Assembly: GCF_009914755.1 (NCBI RefSeq)
Contig: NC_060937.1
Reading direction: 5' to 3' (one strand)
Length of the DNA: 64,000 bases
Origin: the human T2T-CHM13v2.0 reference genome, Homo sapiens
In this document: positions 36,722 to 53,335 of the stretch, piece after piece
Position numbering within the stretch: the first letter of the stretch is position 1
How the letters are laid out: every line of letters starts with the position of its first letter
Program-made: the position numbers and the translations under genes
The notes under the pieces: generated by a model
The model's database searches: none
Seen by the model: the letters and a program-made list of their open reading frames with translations, nothing else
What the model was told of the DNA's origin: nothing

Positions 36722-37134
36722 AATTAAACAGAGTTAATTTGAGCAAAGAAGGTTCATGAATGAGGCAGCCTCCCAAACCAGAGTAGGCTCAGAGAGACCG
36801 CAGTGCAGCCACGTGGTGGAAGATATATGGACAAAAAAAGGAAAGTGTTGTACAAAAAACAGAAGGGAGGTAAAGAAAGGGCTGGGTTGTTTGCCTTGTT
36901 TGAACACAGTTTGAACAGTGGCTGTCCGTGACTAAAATTGGCTAATATTTGGTGACTGACACAAGAGTAGGTTACAGTCTGTTTATACATCCAGGTAGGT
37001 TATAGTTCACTATGTATGGAGAAACCTTTAAAATATGTAAAGAGGCAGGTTTAGGCTAAACTTAATTTAACGCCCTTTTGGTCATCCTCTCAATTTTGAG
37101 AGAGAAACTGAAACTGTAGGCATTGATGTCACCC
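36722..37134 (-). mobile_element. MER57 (ERV1) LTR lacking its terminus, plus ~60 bp of internal 3' end
   Basis: Reverse strand gttaaattaagtttagcctaaacctgcctctttacatatttt...gtaacctactcttgtg...ctgagcctactctgg; purine tract caaaaggg precedes the LTR. Confidence 0.88.
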
Positions 37135-37265
37135 TAGGATACGTTTCTTTTCTCAAGGTTTCCATAGCCTAGAATGAGAAAGTACCATTTAAACAGATTA
37201 TTATAAAATAATGTGCTACAAAAGTTATAATGTAGTATGAACATTATGGGAGAAGGTGATGTATG

Positions 37266-37709
37266 TTTTTTTTTCTGTATTTGTAAAGTTTTAATTGGCA
37301 AATAAAAATGGTTATATGTACGGTGTTCAACATGATGCTTTAAGATATTTATACATTGTGCAATGCCTAAATAAAGCCAATTAACATATGCATTGCCTCA
37401 CATACTTATCTAATTGTAGAAAAAAAACACTTAAAATCTACTGTCATAGCAATTTTAAAATATATAATACATTGCTATTAACTATAGCTACTATGTTGTA
37501 CAATACAGCTATTGAACTTATTCCTCTTGTTTAATTGGAATTTTGTACCCTTTGACCAACACCTCACCCAACTCTCCCATTTCCACAGCCCCTGGTAATC
37601 ATCTTTCCACTCTCTGCTTATGTGAGTTTGACTTCTTAGGTTTCATATATAAGTGAGATCACGCAGTATTTGTCTTTCTGTGCCTCGCTTATTTCACTTA
37701 ACATCATGT
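37266..37709 (-). mobile_element. L1MA (6/7-like) 3' end
   Basis: aattaacatatgcattgcctcacatactta...aagtgagatcacgcagtatttgtctttctgtgcct; TSD gaaggtgat(g/a)t(a/t)tg at 37252-37265 and 37710-37723. Confidence 0.9.
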
Positions 37710-37757
37710 GAAGGTGATATTTGAATTGAGTCTCATAGGCAAAGGAAAAATACATAC

Positions 37758-37794
<37 letters not shown>

Positions 37795-38860
37795 TATTTG
37801 ATATATAAAAATAGATCAAAAAGAAAAGGAAGGAAAAATCATTTGAGGCTGTAAGATTGAGGGAATAGACTATTTTAAGTATGCACGAGCCACAAGAAGC
37901 ATTCTGAAATACTGATTGTTTTGGTTATTTTCCCTTTTTAATAGCCAATTCAGCTAAATTATTTGACTAGACATCCTATACTAGAATTATGGATTATTAA
38001 CTTTCTTCTACAGTCAATATTATTATTAGAAAAAAAGTAAAAAATAACTCACATCATTACGATGTTAGAAGAGTATATTTAAAAGTAAAAGTTATTCTTT
38101 CTTCCCATGAAAGATTTGATTAAATAATCTTTATAAAGAGAAAGGCAAATGGGGAGCATACTATTTTCCATGAAGACTATATTTTATGATGGAAACACTC
38201 AAAATTCAGGGGCTAAAAAACTGAAAATTATATTTTTCTTGCCTTGGATTTCAGAACTATACCTGGACATATATCTGTGTGTGTATTTTCATCCTTGATT
38301 TTGCCTGGCTCTTGATCTGCCCACTGAAGCTCGGAAACAAGGGTTCTGTATTTCTGGACGGTTTCTTCTTCACTACATTGATGTGAATTTTCTGCAAGTT
38401 TAAGGGATCTCTGCCTTTTGAATTTTATCAAAGATCCAGGTTCCTTTTAAATACTGTTGAGCAATGAATTTTCTAGAAAGTAGAAACTGGGAAGGAAAAG
38501 AAGGTGGTGAACAAAGCAAACCCAGAGGCCTTAGGCCATAAATCCAGTACATTATCACATTGATTCTTATCTCACTGTCAATAGCTGAGTTACATGGCAT
38601 CTGCTAACCAGAGGGCGGGGGTGAGGGCAGGTATGCATTCATGGCCCAGGTACCAACTTAGCACTATGGAAGTGGCTGGTAGTAGTGTCCATCACAGGTG
38701 GGGAGCTTCCTCAGTTGCTTTAGTCCCCCTCATAAATATGTTCATAGTCTTCTAGAATCACAGTTATTTCTATTATAAGTCCATAACGATTGCTGTAGGT
38801 ATTTTAAATTTCAGTTTTTAAAAATATGGCAGTCTAATTCTGGTTCTATGTAGATAACCT

Positions 38861-38885
38861 ATTCTAGAATTTTCTAGAATTTTCT
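38861..38885. promoter_or_regulatory. Perfect heat-shock element motif, 5 alternating nGAAn pentamers
   Basis: aTTCt aGAAt tTTCt aGAAt tTTCt; motif only, function untested. Confidence 0.5.
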
Positions 38886-39133
38886 TTTTATTGCTACAGT
38901 CTATAAATCTATTTATAAATTTATGAATGTGCCAGGCATTTGATGTGGACTTTTAATCTGAAAAACATTATAGGAATTTATTTTGTCTATTTTCTCTTCT
39001 CCTATCTTCTTTTCTTTGCTGTTGAACTATTATAATTTTATTGTAAGATTATCTGAATTTTTCTTTTAGATGTACTTTATTTTTAGTGATAATCCCAATC
39101 CTTTGTATTTTTGTTTTGAGTTATCAAGCTTTC

Positions 39134-39920
39134 TTCCAGGTATTAGGCATACAGAAATGAACAAAAAGATCCCTTAAAAAGAACATGTTTCCTTCGAGCT
39201 TAAATTGACATAGGATACTATCAACAACAAAGAAGAAAAATATATTTCATGTCAGATAATAATAAGGGCTATGGAGAAAGATAAAATAAGAGAGGAGAAG
39301 AGGAAGTGTGGAGCAAGGGTGGTTACTACTTTAGGACAGTCAAGAAAGGACTGACTGTGAAGGGGACATTTGATCAAAGGCCTGAATTTGGTAGGAGAGC
39401 AACAGTTGTGGAGTTCTGGAGGAGCAGTCTGGGAAACACCAAAGCCCTTGAGCCTGGGGTATGGCTGTCAGGTTGAGGACCAGGATAAGCAAGGGACAAG
39501 AATAGAAGTGTGATGATTAGAGAAGGAACAGAAGGCTAGTCTGTGAAAGTCTTGTAGGACCTAGTACAAATTTAGAGTTTACTCTAGGTGGGGTAAAAAG
39601 CCACAGAAAAGTTTTGAATAGAGCAGTGATGGGATCTACCTGATGTTTGAAATGAATCAATCGGTGGCCATGTCGAGAATGAACTGCCTGGGGATGGAGG
39701 GGAAAGTGAAGGGGCATATTGGCAGTTATGGCAAGGCCACGTAAAAGAAAATGTTGTTTAGCCTATGGTATTAGCAGTGTGGATGGTTGAGCAGTGGTTA
39801 AATTCTGTATGTATTTAAAAGGTTGCCAAATTACTCAGAATACAATGTGAGAAATAGAGAAGCATTCAGCATTCAGAGTCAGCAACTGAGGCCTTTGAGT
39901 AGCCATTGCCAGGTAGGGAA
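39134..39920 (-). mobile_element. L2a 3' region
   Basis: ggtattaggcatacagaaatgaacaaaaaga...gggctatggagaaagataaa...gacatttgatcaaaggcctgaa. Confidence 0.8.
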
Positions 39921-40743
39921 GAATATTTTCCCCAAGATGGAGTCTATTTTATTTTATTATTTCTCTTGATGCTTTTTTCATTTCCTAAATTATTTTGTTG
40001 ATTTGTTTTTATTATTTTCGAATATGTTATCTAATTAGATCTCACATTGCAATGCTTTTAAAAATCATCACAAGAATTTAGATCAAAAGTATAGTAAGCT
40101 CTCTCTGGTGTCTTTAATTATATGTATATAATAGGAGTGACTTACTCTGAATCTTTCACTTGTTTTTTTGTTTGTTTGTTTTTTTGGAACTACACAGATC
40201 CCTTAAATAGCAGTCTTATTTTCTTTCTTTTCTAAGTCTACATTTTTCATTATACTTAGAATTATTATATTTGGCTCTAATACATAAAAATTATAGCCTC
40301 ATCTTTCAACTTTGAATGAAATCATTACTTCTATGCTAACCAGTTACAGTAATGGCATTATTGTATATGTGTGTAAAAAGTCTAAGAAACTATTTTCTTC
40401 AGATATTTTTTAAAAAATCTGAAATTCAGAACTTCAAATTATATAATCATAATAGTCAAACAATATTGTACAGAATAATCTGCTATTTTTGAGACAACAA
40501 ATTGTGCATTGCACTTCTCAAGTACAATAACTTTTTTAATCAATAAACTTTATGTTTAGAGTAATTTTAAATTCACAACAATGACTTTTAAATATAAATT
40601 TGCAACTGAAAGGAGCCAATAACAGTTGCTTGCTTGGTTGATTGCATGATAAATATTTTGTTCTCTACTATGTAACACTTACCAATAAATGCCAATAATA
40701 ATTGCAACAAAATCTTTTGCTTTTAAAGCTGTGTAAAAGGCAG

Positions 40744-40837
40744 AAATAATCATGTAATCATCTTGTAATTATATGGTACTTACTATGCAATTACATAGTA
40801 AATACATTGTAAATTCAAAATAATTGCATGGTTATTT
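40744..40837. repeat. 94-bp ungapped imperfect palindrome
   Basis: Centre 40790|40791; 36 of 47 positions pair Watson-Crick by hand count. Confidence 0.85.
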
Positions 40838-41112
40838 GCATTATGCATAGTATCTAATCCAATTTTGACACATAAAACATTGGTAACATCCAAAGGGTTG
40901 CCCAAATTTCTCCCACCTACACCACAAGATCAATAATAATGGAAGTAATTAAAGGAAGTCCTTGAACAAATGCTCGATATTGTATGATTGGAAACTATCC
41001 ATTCATATTTATGACATAGGTAGAATTATAAATTAGTACAGAATGAGATTAGCAATTAGACAATAAATTATTAATTAAAATTACGCTAACAATGATTTTG
41101 TTTCCATGAGAA

Positions 41113-44100
<2,988 letters not shown>

Positions 44101-44334
44101 AACTAGATAGGTGATGTTGGTGATGATTGACAGATACATAAATATATGGATTAAATAGATATCAGATAAAAAAGGTTAGATAGATAAAAAGATAGATAGA
44201 AAGATTGGGTTAAATTTTGTTCCTCCAAAAGGTAAGTTTAAGTCCTAATATTGGGTACCTGTGTATGTGACCTTATATAGAAATAGTCCTTGTAGAAATA
44301 ATCAAGTTAATATGAGGTTATTAGGGTTAGCCCT

Positions 44335-46452
44335 TTTGTTTTAAATTATAATTTAAGTTCTGGGGTACATGTGTAGAATGTGCAGGCTTGTTACATAGGT
44401 ATACACATGCCATGGTGGTTTGCTGCACACATCAACCCATCATCTACATTACGTATTTCTCCTAACGTTATCCCTGTCCTAACCCCCCACCCCCCGACAG
44501 GCCCCAGTGTGTGATGTTGCCCTCCTTGTGTCCATGTGTTCTCATTGTTCAACTGCCACTTATGAGTGAGAACGTATGGTGTTTGGTTTTCTGTCCCTGT
44601 GTTATTTTGCTGGGAATGATGGTTTCCAACTTCATCTGTGTCCCTGCAAAGAACATAAACTCATCCTTTTTATGGTAGCATAGTATTCCATGGTGTAAAT
44701 GTGCCACATTTTCTTTATCCAGTCTATCATTGATGGGCATTTGGATTGGTTCAAAGTCTTTGCTATTGTGAACAGTGCTGCAATAAACATATGTGTGCAG
44801 TGACTTTATAGTAGGATGATTTATAATCCTTTGAGTATATACCCAGTAATAGGATTGCTGGGTCAAATGGTATTTCTGGTTCTCAATTCTTGAGGAATTG
44901 CCACGCTGTCTTCCACAACGGTTGAACTAATTTACACTCCCACCAACAGTGTAAAAACATTCCTATTTCTCCACATCCTCTCCAGCATCTGTTTTTTCTT
45001 GACTTTTTAATGATCACCGTTCTAGCTGGTGTGAGATGCTATCTCTTTGTGGTTTTGATTTGCATTTCTCTAATGACCAGTGATGATGATCTTTTTTTCT
45101 GTATATTTATTGGTCACATAAATGTCTTCTTTTGAGAAGTGTCTGTTCATATCCTTCACCCACTTTTTGATGGGGTTGTTTTTTTTTCTTGTAAATTTCT
45201 TTAAGTTCCTTGTAGATTCAGGATATTAGCCTTTTGTCAGATGGATAGATTGCAAAAATTTTCTCCCATTCTGTAGGTTACCTGTTCATACTGATGATAG
45301 TTTTTTTTTCTTTCTTTCTTTCTTTTTTCTGTGCAGAAGCTCTTTAGTTTAATTAGATACCATTTGTCAATTTTGGCTTTTGTTGCCATTGCTTTTGGTG
45401 TTTTAGTCATGAAGTCTTTGCCCATGCCTATATCCTGAATGGTATTGCCTAGGTTTTCTTCTAGAGTTTTTATGGTTTTAGGTCTTACATTTAAGTTTTT
45501 AATGCATCTTGAGTTAATGTTTGTATAAGGTGTAAGGAAGGGGTCCAGTTTCAGTTTTCTGCATATGGCTAGCCAGTTTTTCCAACACCATTTATTAAAT
45601 AGGGAATCTTTTCCCCATTGCTTGTTTTTGTCAGATTTGTCAAAGATCAGATGGTTGTAGATGTGTGGTAGTATTTCTGAGGCCTCTGTTCTGTTCCATT
45701 GGTCTATATATCAGTTTTGGTACTGTACCATGCTGTTTTGGTTACTTTAGCCTTGTGGTATAGTTTGAAGTCAGGTAAGGTGATGCCTCCAGCTTTGTTC
45801 TTTTTGCTTAGGATTGTCTTGTGTATATGGGATCTTTTTTGGTTCCATATGAAATTTAAAGTAGTTTTTTTTTCTAATTCTTTGAAGAAAGTCAAAGGTA
45901 GCTTGATGGGGATAGCGTTGAATCTATAACTTACTTTGGTCAGTATGGCCATTTTCACGATATTGATTCTTCCTATCCATGAGCATGGAATGTTTTTCCA
46001 TTTGTGTCCTCTCTTATTTCCTTGAGCAATGGTTTGTATTTCTCCTTGAAGAGGTCCTCCATATCCCTTGTAAGTTGTATTTCTATGTATTTTATTCTCT
46101 TTGTAGCAATTGTGAATGGGAGTTCACTCATGATTTGGACCTCTGTTTGTCTGTTATTGGTGTACAAGAATGCTTGGGATTTTTTTCACATTGATTTTGT
46201 ATCCTGAGGCTTTGCTGAGTTGCTTATCAGCTTAAGAAGATTTTGGACTGAGATGACGGGGTTTTCTAAATATACAATCATGTCATATGCAAACAGAGAC
46301 AATTTGACTTCCTGTCTTCCTATTCGAATACCCTTTATTTCTTTCCCTTGCCTGATTGCCCTGGCCAGAACTTCCAATACCATGTTGAATAGTAGTGGTG
46401 AGAGAGGGCATCCTTGTCTTGTGCCGGTTTTCAAAGGGAATGCTTCTAGCTG
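44335..46452 (-). mobile_element. L1PA7-like LINE-1 3' segment (RT C-half to 3' UTR/tail)
   Basis: ORF 46186..46434 [16 protein letters not shown]...[15 protein letters not shown] (catalytic FADD mutated to FAYD); L1PA 3' UTR at 44340-44560. Confidence 0.95.
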
Positions 46453-46573
46453 TTAGAAGGAAAACTAACAAACAGAAAGGAATAGCATCAACATCAGCAA
46501 AAAGGACGTCCACACAGAAACCCCATCCAAAGGTCACCAACATCAAAGACCAAAGGTAGGTAAATACACAAAG

Positions 46574-47597
46574 ATGAGGGAAAAAACTGCACAGAAAGGC
46601 TAAACATTCCAAAAACCAGACACCTCTTCTCCTCCAAAGGATCACAAGTCCTCACTAGCAAGGGAACAAAACTGGATGGAGAATGAGTTTGATGAATCGA
46701 CAGAAGTAGGCTTCAGAAAGTGGGTAATAACAAATTCTTCCAAGCTAAAGGAACATGTTCTAACCCAATGCAAAGAAGCTAAGAACCTTGAAAAAAGGTT
46801 AGATGAATTGTTAACTAGAATAACCGGTTTAGAGAAGAGCATAAATGACCCAAAAGAGCTGAAAAACACAGCATGAGAACCTCGTGAAGCATATACAAGT
46901 ATCAGTAGCCAAATCGATCAAGTGGAAGAAAGGGTATCAGAGATTGAAGATCAACTTAATGAAATAAAGTGTGAAGACAAAATTAGAGAAAAATGAATGA
47001 AAAGGAATGAACAAAGCCTCAAAGAAATATGGGACTATATGAAAAGACCAAACCTACGTTTGATTGGTACCTGAAAGTGATGGGGAGAATGGAACCAAGT
47101 TGGAAAACACTCTTTAGGATATTATCCAGGAGAACTTCTTCAATCTAGGAAGACAGGCCAACATTCAAATTCAGGAAATACCGAGACCACCACAAAGATA
47201 CTCCTTGAGAAGAGCAACCCTAAGACACATAATCATCAGATTCACCAAGGTTGAAATGTAGGAAAAAATGTTAAGAGCAGCCAGAGAGAAAGGTCGGGTT
47301 ACTCACAAAGGGAAGCCAATCAGACTAACAGCAAATCTCTCTGCAGAAATCCTATGAGCCAGAAGAGAGTGGGGGCCAATATTCAAAATTCTTAAAGAAA
47401 AGAAGTTTCAACACAAAATTTCATATCCAGTCAAACTAAGCCTCATAAGCGAAGGAGAATTAAAATCCTTTACAGACATGCAAATGCTGAGAGATTTTGT
47501 CACCACCGGGCCTGTATTATAAGAGCTTCTGAAGGAAGCACTAAATATGGGAAGGAAAAACCGGTACCAGCCACTGCAAAAACATACCAAATTGTAA
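46574..47597 (+). pseudogene. L1 ORF1p pseudogene (stops and frameshifts)
   Basis: MENEFDESTEVGFRKWVITNSSKLKEHVLTQCKEAKNL fragment; premature TGA at ~46874. Confidence 0.9.
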
Positions 47598-47660
47598 AGA
47601 CCATTGACACTATAAAGAAATTGCATCAATTAATGGGCAAAATAACCAGCTAGTATCATA

Positions 47661-49617
<1,957 letters not shown>

Positions 49618-50128
49618 GGGTCCTAATCTAATATTGCTGGTGTCCTTATAATAAAAGGAGAGAGACACAGAGAAGATAGCTATGTAACGATATATAGACA
49701 CTCAGGGAAAAGTTTATGTGATGACAGAGGCAGAGACTAGAATGATGTAGCTCTAAGCCATTGAACACTAACAATTAGGACCACCCTTAGAAGCTAGGAA
49801 TAGGCAAAGAAGAAGGAAGAATTCCATGGAGTCTAAAGAGAGCATGATCCTGCAGACACCGTGGTTTCAGACTTCTAGTCTCCGAAACTGAGCAAGAATG
49901 AATTTCTGCTGTTTCAAGTAACCCAATTTGTGAAACTTTGTTGGGGCAGCCTTAGAAAACTAGTTACCTGTATAGTTGGAGATAAGTTCATTTACTATAC
50001 TGTCTTTTATAATTACATACATAATTACCTTTTCCAACATTCAGTCTTCTGTGTGGATTCCAGATATAGATATGGATATACACATGTACAGATAAAATTT
50101 TATTATTGGGCTTACACTACATACACAT

Positions 50129-50513
50129 TATATTAGTTCTCTTGTGTTGCCATAACAAAGTATCACAGATTGGGTGATTTAAACAACGGAAATTTATTTT
50201 CTCTCGTTTCTGAAGTCTAGAAGTCCAAGATCAAGGTGTTGGCAGAACTGATTTCTTCTGAGGCCTCTTTCCTTGACTTTTAAATTGCTATCTTCTTTTT
50301 CTGTCTTTGGAATATCCTTCCTCTGTGCATGCACATGTACATGCCTGTATCCAAATTTTCTCTTCTTATAAGGATATCAATCAGATTAGATTATGGCCTA
50401 CCCTAAATATTTCATTTTACCTTAAAGACCTTAGCTCCAAATATGGTGACATTCTGATCTACTGGGGATTATGACTTAAATACATGGATTTGGGAGGAGG
50501 AGGGCATCCCACA
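50129..50513 (-). mobile_element. MLT1A0-like LTR
   Basis: ttgccataacaaagtatcacagattgggtg...gaagtccaagatcaaggtgttggcag...ctcttcttataagga. Confidence 0.85.
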
Positions 50514-50630
50514 GTAGATGTGCAATCTTTTCAATAATAACAGCATAAAGTAGGCAAGAGGTAATAACTGAGTATTGGAGAAAGGAATGACACTAGATAA
50601 ATTAAGCCACAGGAAGAAATGAATACCTAC

Positions 50631-50991
50631 AGAGGTGATTTTGATCCAATTTAGTTTGGGCCAAATTTAATCATACGGTCCTCAAAAGTGAAAGAAGAGG
50701 AGGAAGAGAAGAGTGTTCAAAAAGTGCAATATGAAATGGACTCAATTCATTGCTACTGGTTTTCAAGATGGAGGTAGGAGGCCATCAGCCAAGAAATGCA
50801 GGTGTTACCTGGAAGCTGGATAAAGGAAAGCAATTGATTGTTCCGAAGAGCCTACAAAAATGAATGTGGCTCAGCCAACACCTTGATTTTAGCATAATGA
50901 TACCTATGTCCAACTTCTAACCCACAAAACTATAAGATAATTAATATGAACTGTTAATCTACTAAATCTATGGCAGCTTGTTACTAATACA
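50631..50991 (+). mobile_element. MLT1D-like LTR, 3' part
   Basis: agccaagaaatgcagg...ggaagctggataaaggaaag...gccaacaccttgattttagc...actaataca. Confidence 0.8.
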
Positions 50992-51014
50992 TAAAGTTAT
51001 AACAATTCATTACA

Positions 51015-52115
51015 TGTGCATCAGTTTCCTAGGACTGCTGTAGCAAAGTACCACAAACTGAGTTGATTAAAACAACAGAAAAAAGAGTTCGACTCTTTCT
51101 GTTGACATCTATATTATTTAGCAATTGCACTTCTGGGTATATACCAAAAATAATTTAAAGTAGGGTCTTGGAGAGAGATTTGTACACTCATGTTCACAGC
51201 AGCATTATTCACAATAGCCAACAGATAGCACCAACCCAAATGTCCGTAAGCAAGCAAAACGCAATATACACATAGAATGGAATATTATTCATCCTAAATA
51301 GGAAGGAATGTCTGATACATGCTACAACATGAGTAAACTTTGGGGACATTTTGCTAAGTGAAATGGGCCAGTCACAAAACAGCAAACCCTGTATGATTCC
51401 ATTTATATGAGGTATTTAGAATAGGCAAGTTCACAGAGATGGAAAGTAGAATGGTGGCTCTCATGGACTGGGAGGTAGGAGGCAATGTGAGCTTAGTGTT
51501 TTATGGGTATAAAGAGTTTCAGTTGTGCAAGATAAAAAGAGCTCTGGAGATTTTTTTCACCACAGTATGAATGCACTTAACACTACTGAACTGTACACTT
51601 AAAAATGGTTATGATAGTAAATTTTATATATACTTTACCACAATTAAAAAACATGTCTCCTTAAGAATTTTTCTAAGAATAATAGTAAAAATAATACATA
51701 GTTAAGAAAATCAAACAACAGAAATTAATTCTTATAATTGTGGAAGCTAGAAGTCTGAAATAAATGTGGCCGCAAAACCCCGCTTCCTCCAAAACATGTA
51801 GGGGAGAATCCTTTCTTGCATCTTCATGGCTTCTGATGGTGGTTGTGGATCCTTAGTGTTCCTGGGCTTATGGCTGTATCACTCCAGTGGCTGTGTCTGT
51901 CATCACTTGGCATTGCCCTTGAGAATCTATGTCATCACACCTTCTTTCTGTAAGGACATCAGTCATATTGAATTAAACTCTCACTTTACTGCAGTATGAC
52001 CTTAGCTTAACTAATTACATATGCAATGACTATATTTCCAATTAAGATCACATTCTGTGGCACAGAGGGTTTGAACATCAATATATCTTTCTGGAGGAAA
52101 ACATTCATAACAATA
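51015..52115 (-). mobile_element. MLT1C-like LTR split by L1MB
   Basis: gtttcctaggactgctgtagcaaagtaccacaaactg...; resumes at 51713 with aaacaacagaaattaattc. Confidence 0.85.
51082..51712 (+). mobile_element. L1MB (2/3-like) 3' end with a 12-bp TSD
   Basis: gcaattgcacttctgggtatatacc...actgaactgtacacttaaaaatggtt...caattaaaaa; TSD AAACAACAGAAA at 51070-51081 and 51713-51724. Confidence 0.9.
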
Positions 52116-52848
52116 CGTTTAACAAAAATGCACAAAAAGCAGGAAGGAGGGGCACTATATAAGAATGAAGATTATATGTTCATTGGTATTAAATTAGTAT
52201 AAATCTGAAGTCAATTTTCAAAAATTTAGATATTTATTGAATGTCCTAGAGCAAACTTGAAGATAATAATTTCAAATTTGAATTATAAAATTACTAATGG
52301 AATTGTAACAGTTGACAATATCAATTTAAAATTAGGGAAGACAGTAAAGTAAGAACACATGAACAAAAAAGACATAAGACATATATAAAACAAAAATAAA
52401 AATGGCAGATGTAAATTCAACTATAGTAATAATAACAGGAATGTTAATGAATTAACAATCAGTCAAAGTGCAGAGGTTAACAGACTGTATTTCTTTAAAA
52501 GATAAGAACCAGCTTTTTGCTCTCTGTAGGTATACACTTTATATCCAAAGATCTAAATAGATTGAAAGTAAAAGGATTTAAAAAGATACTATAAAAACAA
52601 CAATCAAAAAAGATGTGGAGTGTCTATACTACTCTCTGACAAAAGTTTTTGATTTTCAAACAAAAGTTTTTACTAAAGATAAGGAGGGTAACCTTGAAAA
52701 AGAATAATATATTTGAAAAAATCACACTTCTCTATTTTAAAACTTACTATACAGCCAGGATAATCAAGACTGTGTAGTATCAGTATAAGGATATAGATGA
52801 TTTTATATATATATGTATATATATATATGTATATATATGTGTATATGT

Positions 52849-52879
<31 letters not shown>

Positions 52880-53335
52880 GATATAATAAATGGAGTAGAA
52901 TTGACAGCCTATTGGTACCCCTTTTATATTTAGATCAGCTAATTTTTGGCAAGGACACCAACACAATTAAATAGGGAAACAACAAATCATTGCAGAAATG
53001 AATCACTTCAACAAATGATTGAAATCTACCACTGAGACAATATTCCCATACAAAAGAATGAATTCAAACTCCTACCTCACACTGTATACAAAAATTCACT
53101 CAAAATAGATCATAGATCTGAACGTAAATGCTGGCACTATAAAACACTTAGAGGCATACTTAGAAATACGTCCTTATGCCCTAGGATTAGATTACAATTT
53201 CTTAGGTTTGATATCAAAAACAAGTGATAAAAGAAAAATAGACAAATCTAGCTAAATGAAAATTAAAATATTTGTACTGCAAATGATGTCATCAAGGACA
53301 TGAAAAGACAGCCCATTGAATGGGAGAATGGGGGA
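52115..53335 (+). mobile_element. Ancient L1M ORF2 fragments (EN and C-terminal)
   Basis: aaaatggcagatgtaaattcaac; ttttaaaacttactatacagcc; cctacctcacactgtatacaaaaattcactcaaaatagatc. Confidence 0.75.
52804..52880. repeat. (TA)n(TG)n microsatellite
   Basis: Direct read. Confidence 0.9.

Noticed and set aside
38600-38622. CTCF-like ACCAGAGGGCG
   Set aside because: The upstream CC of the core motif is replaced by TA, so the match is weak.
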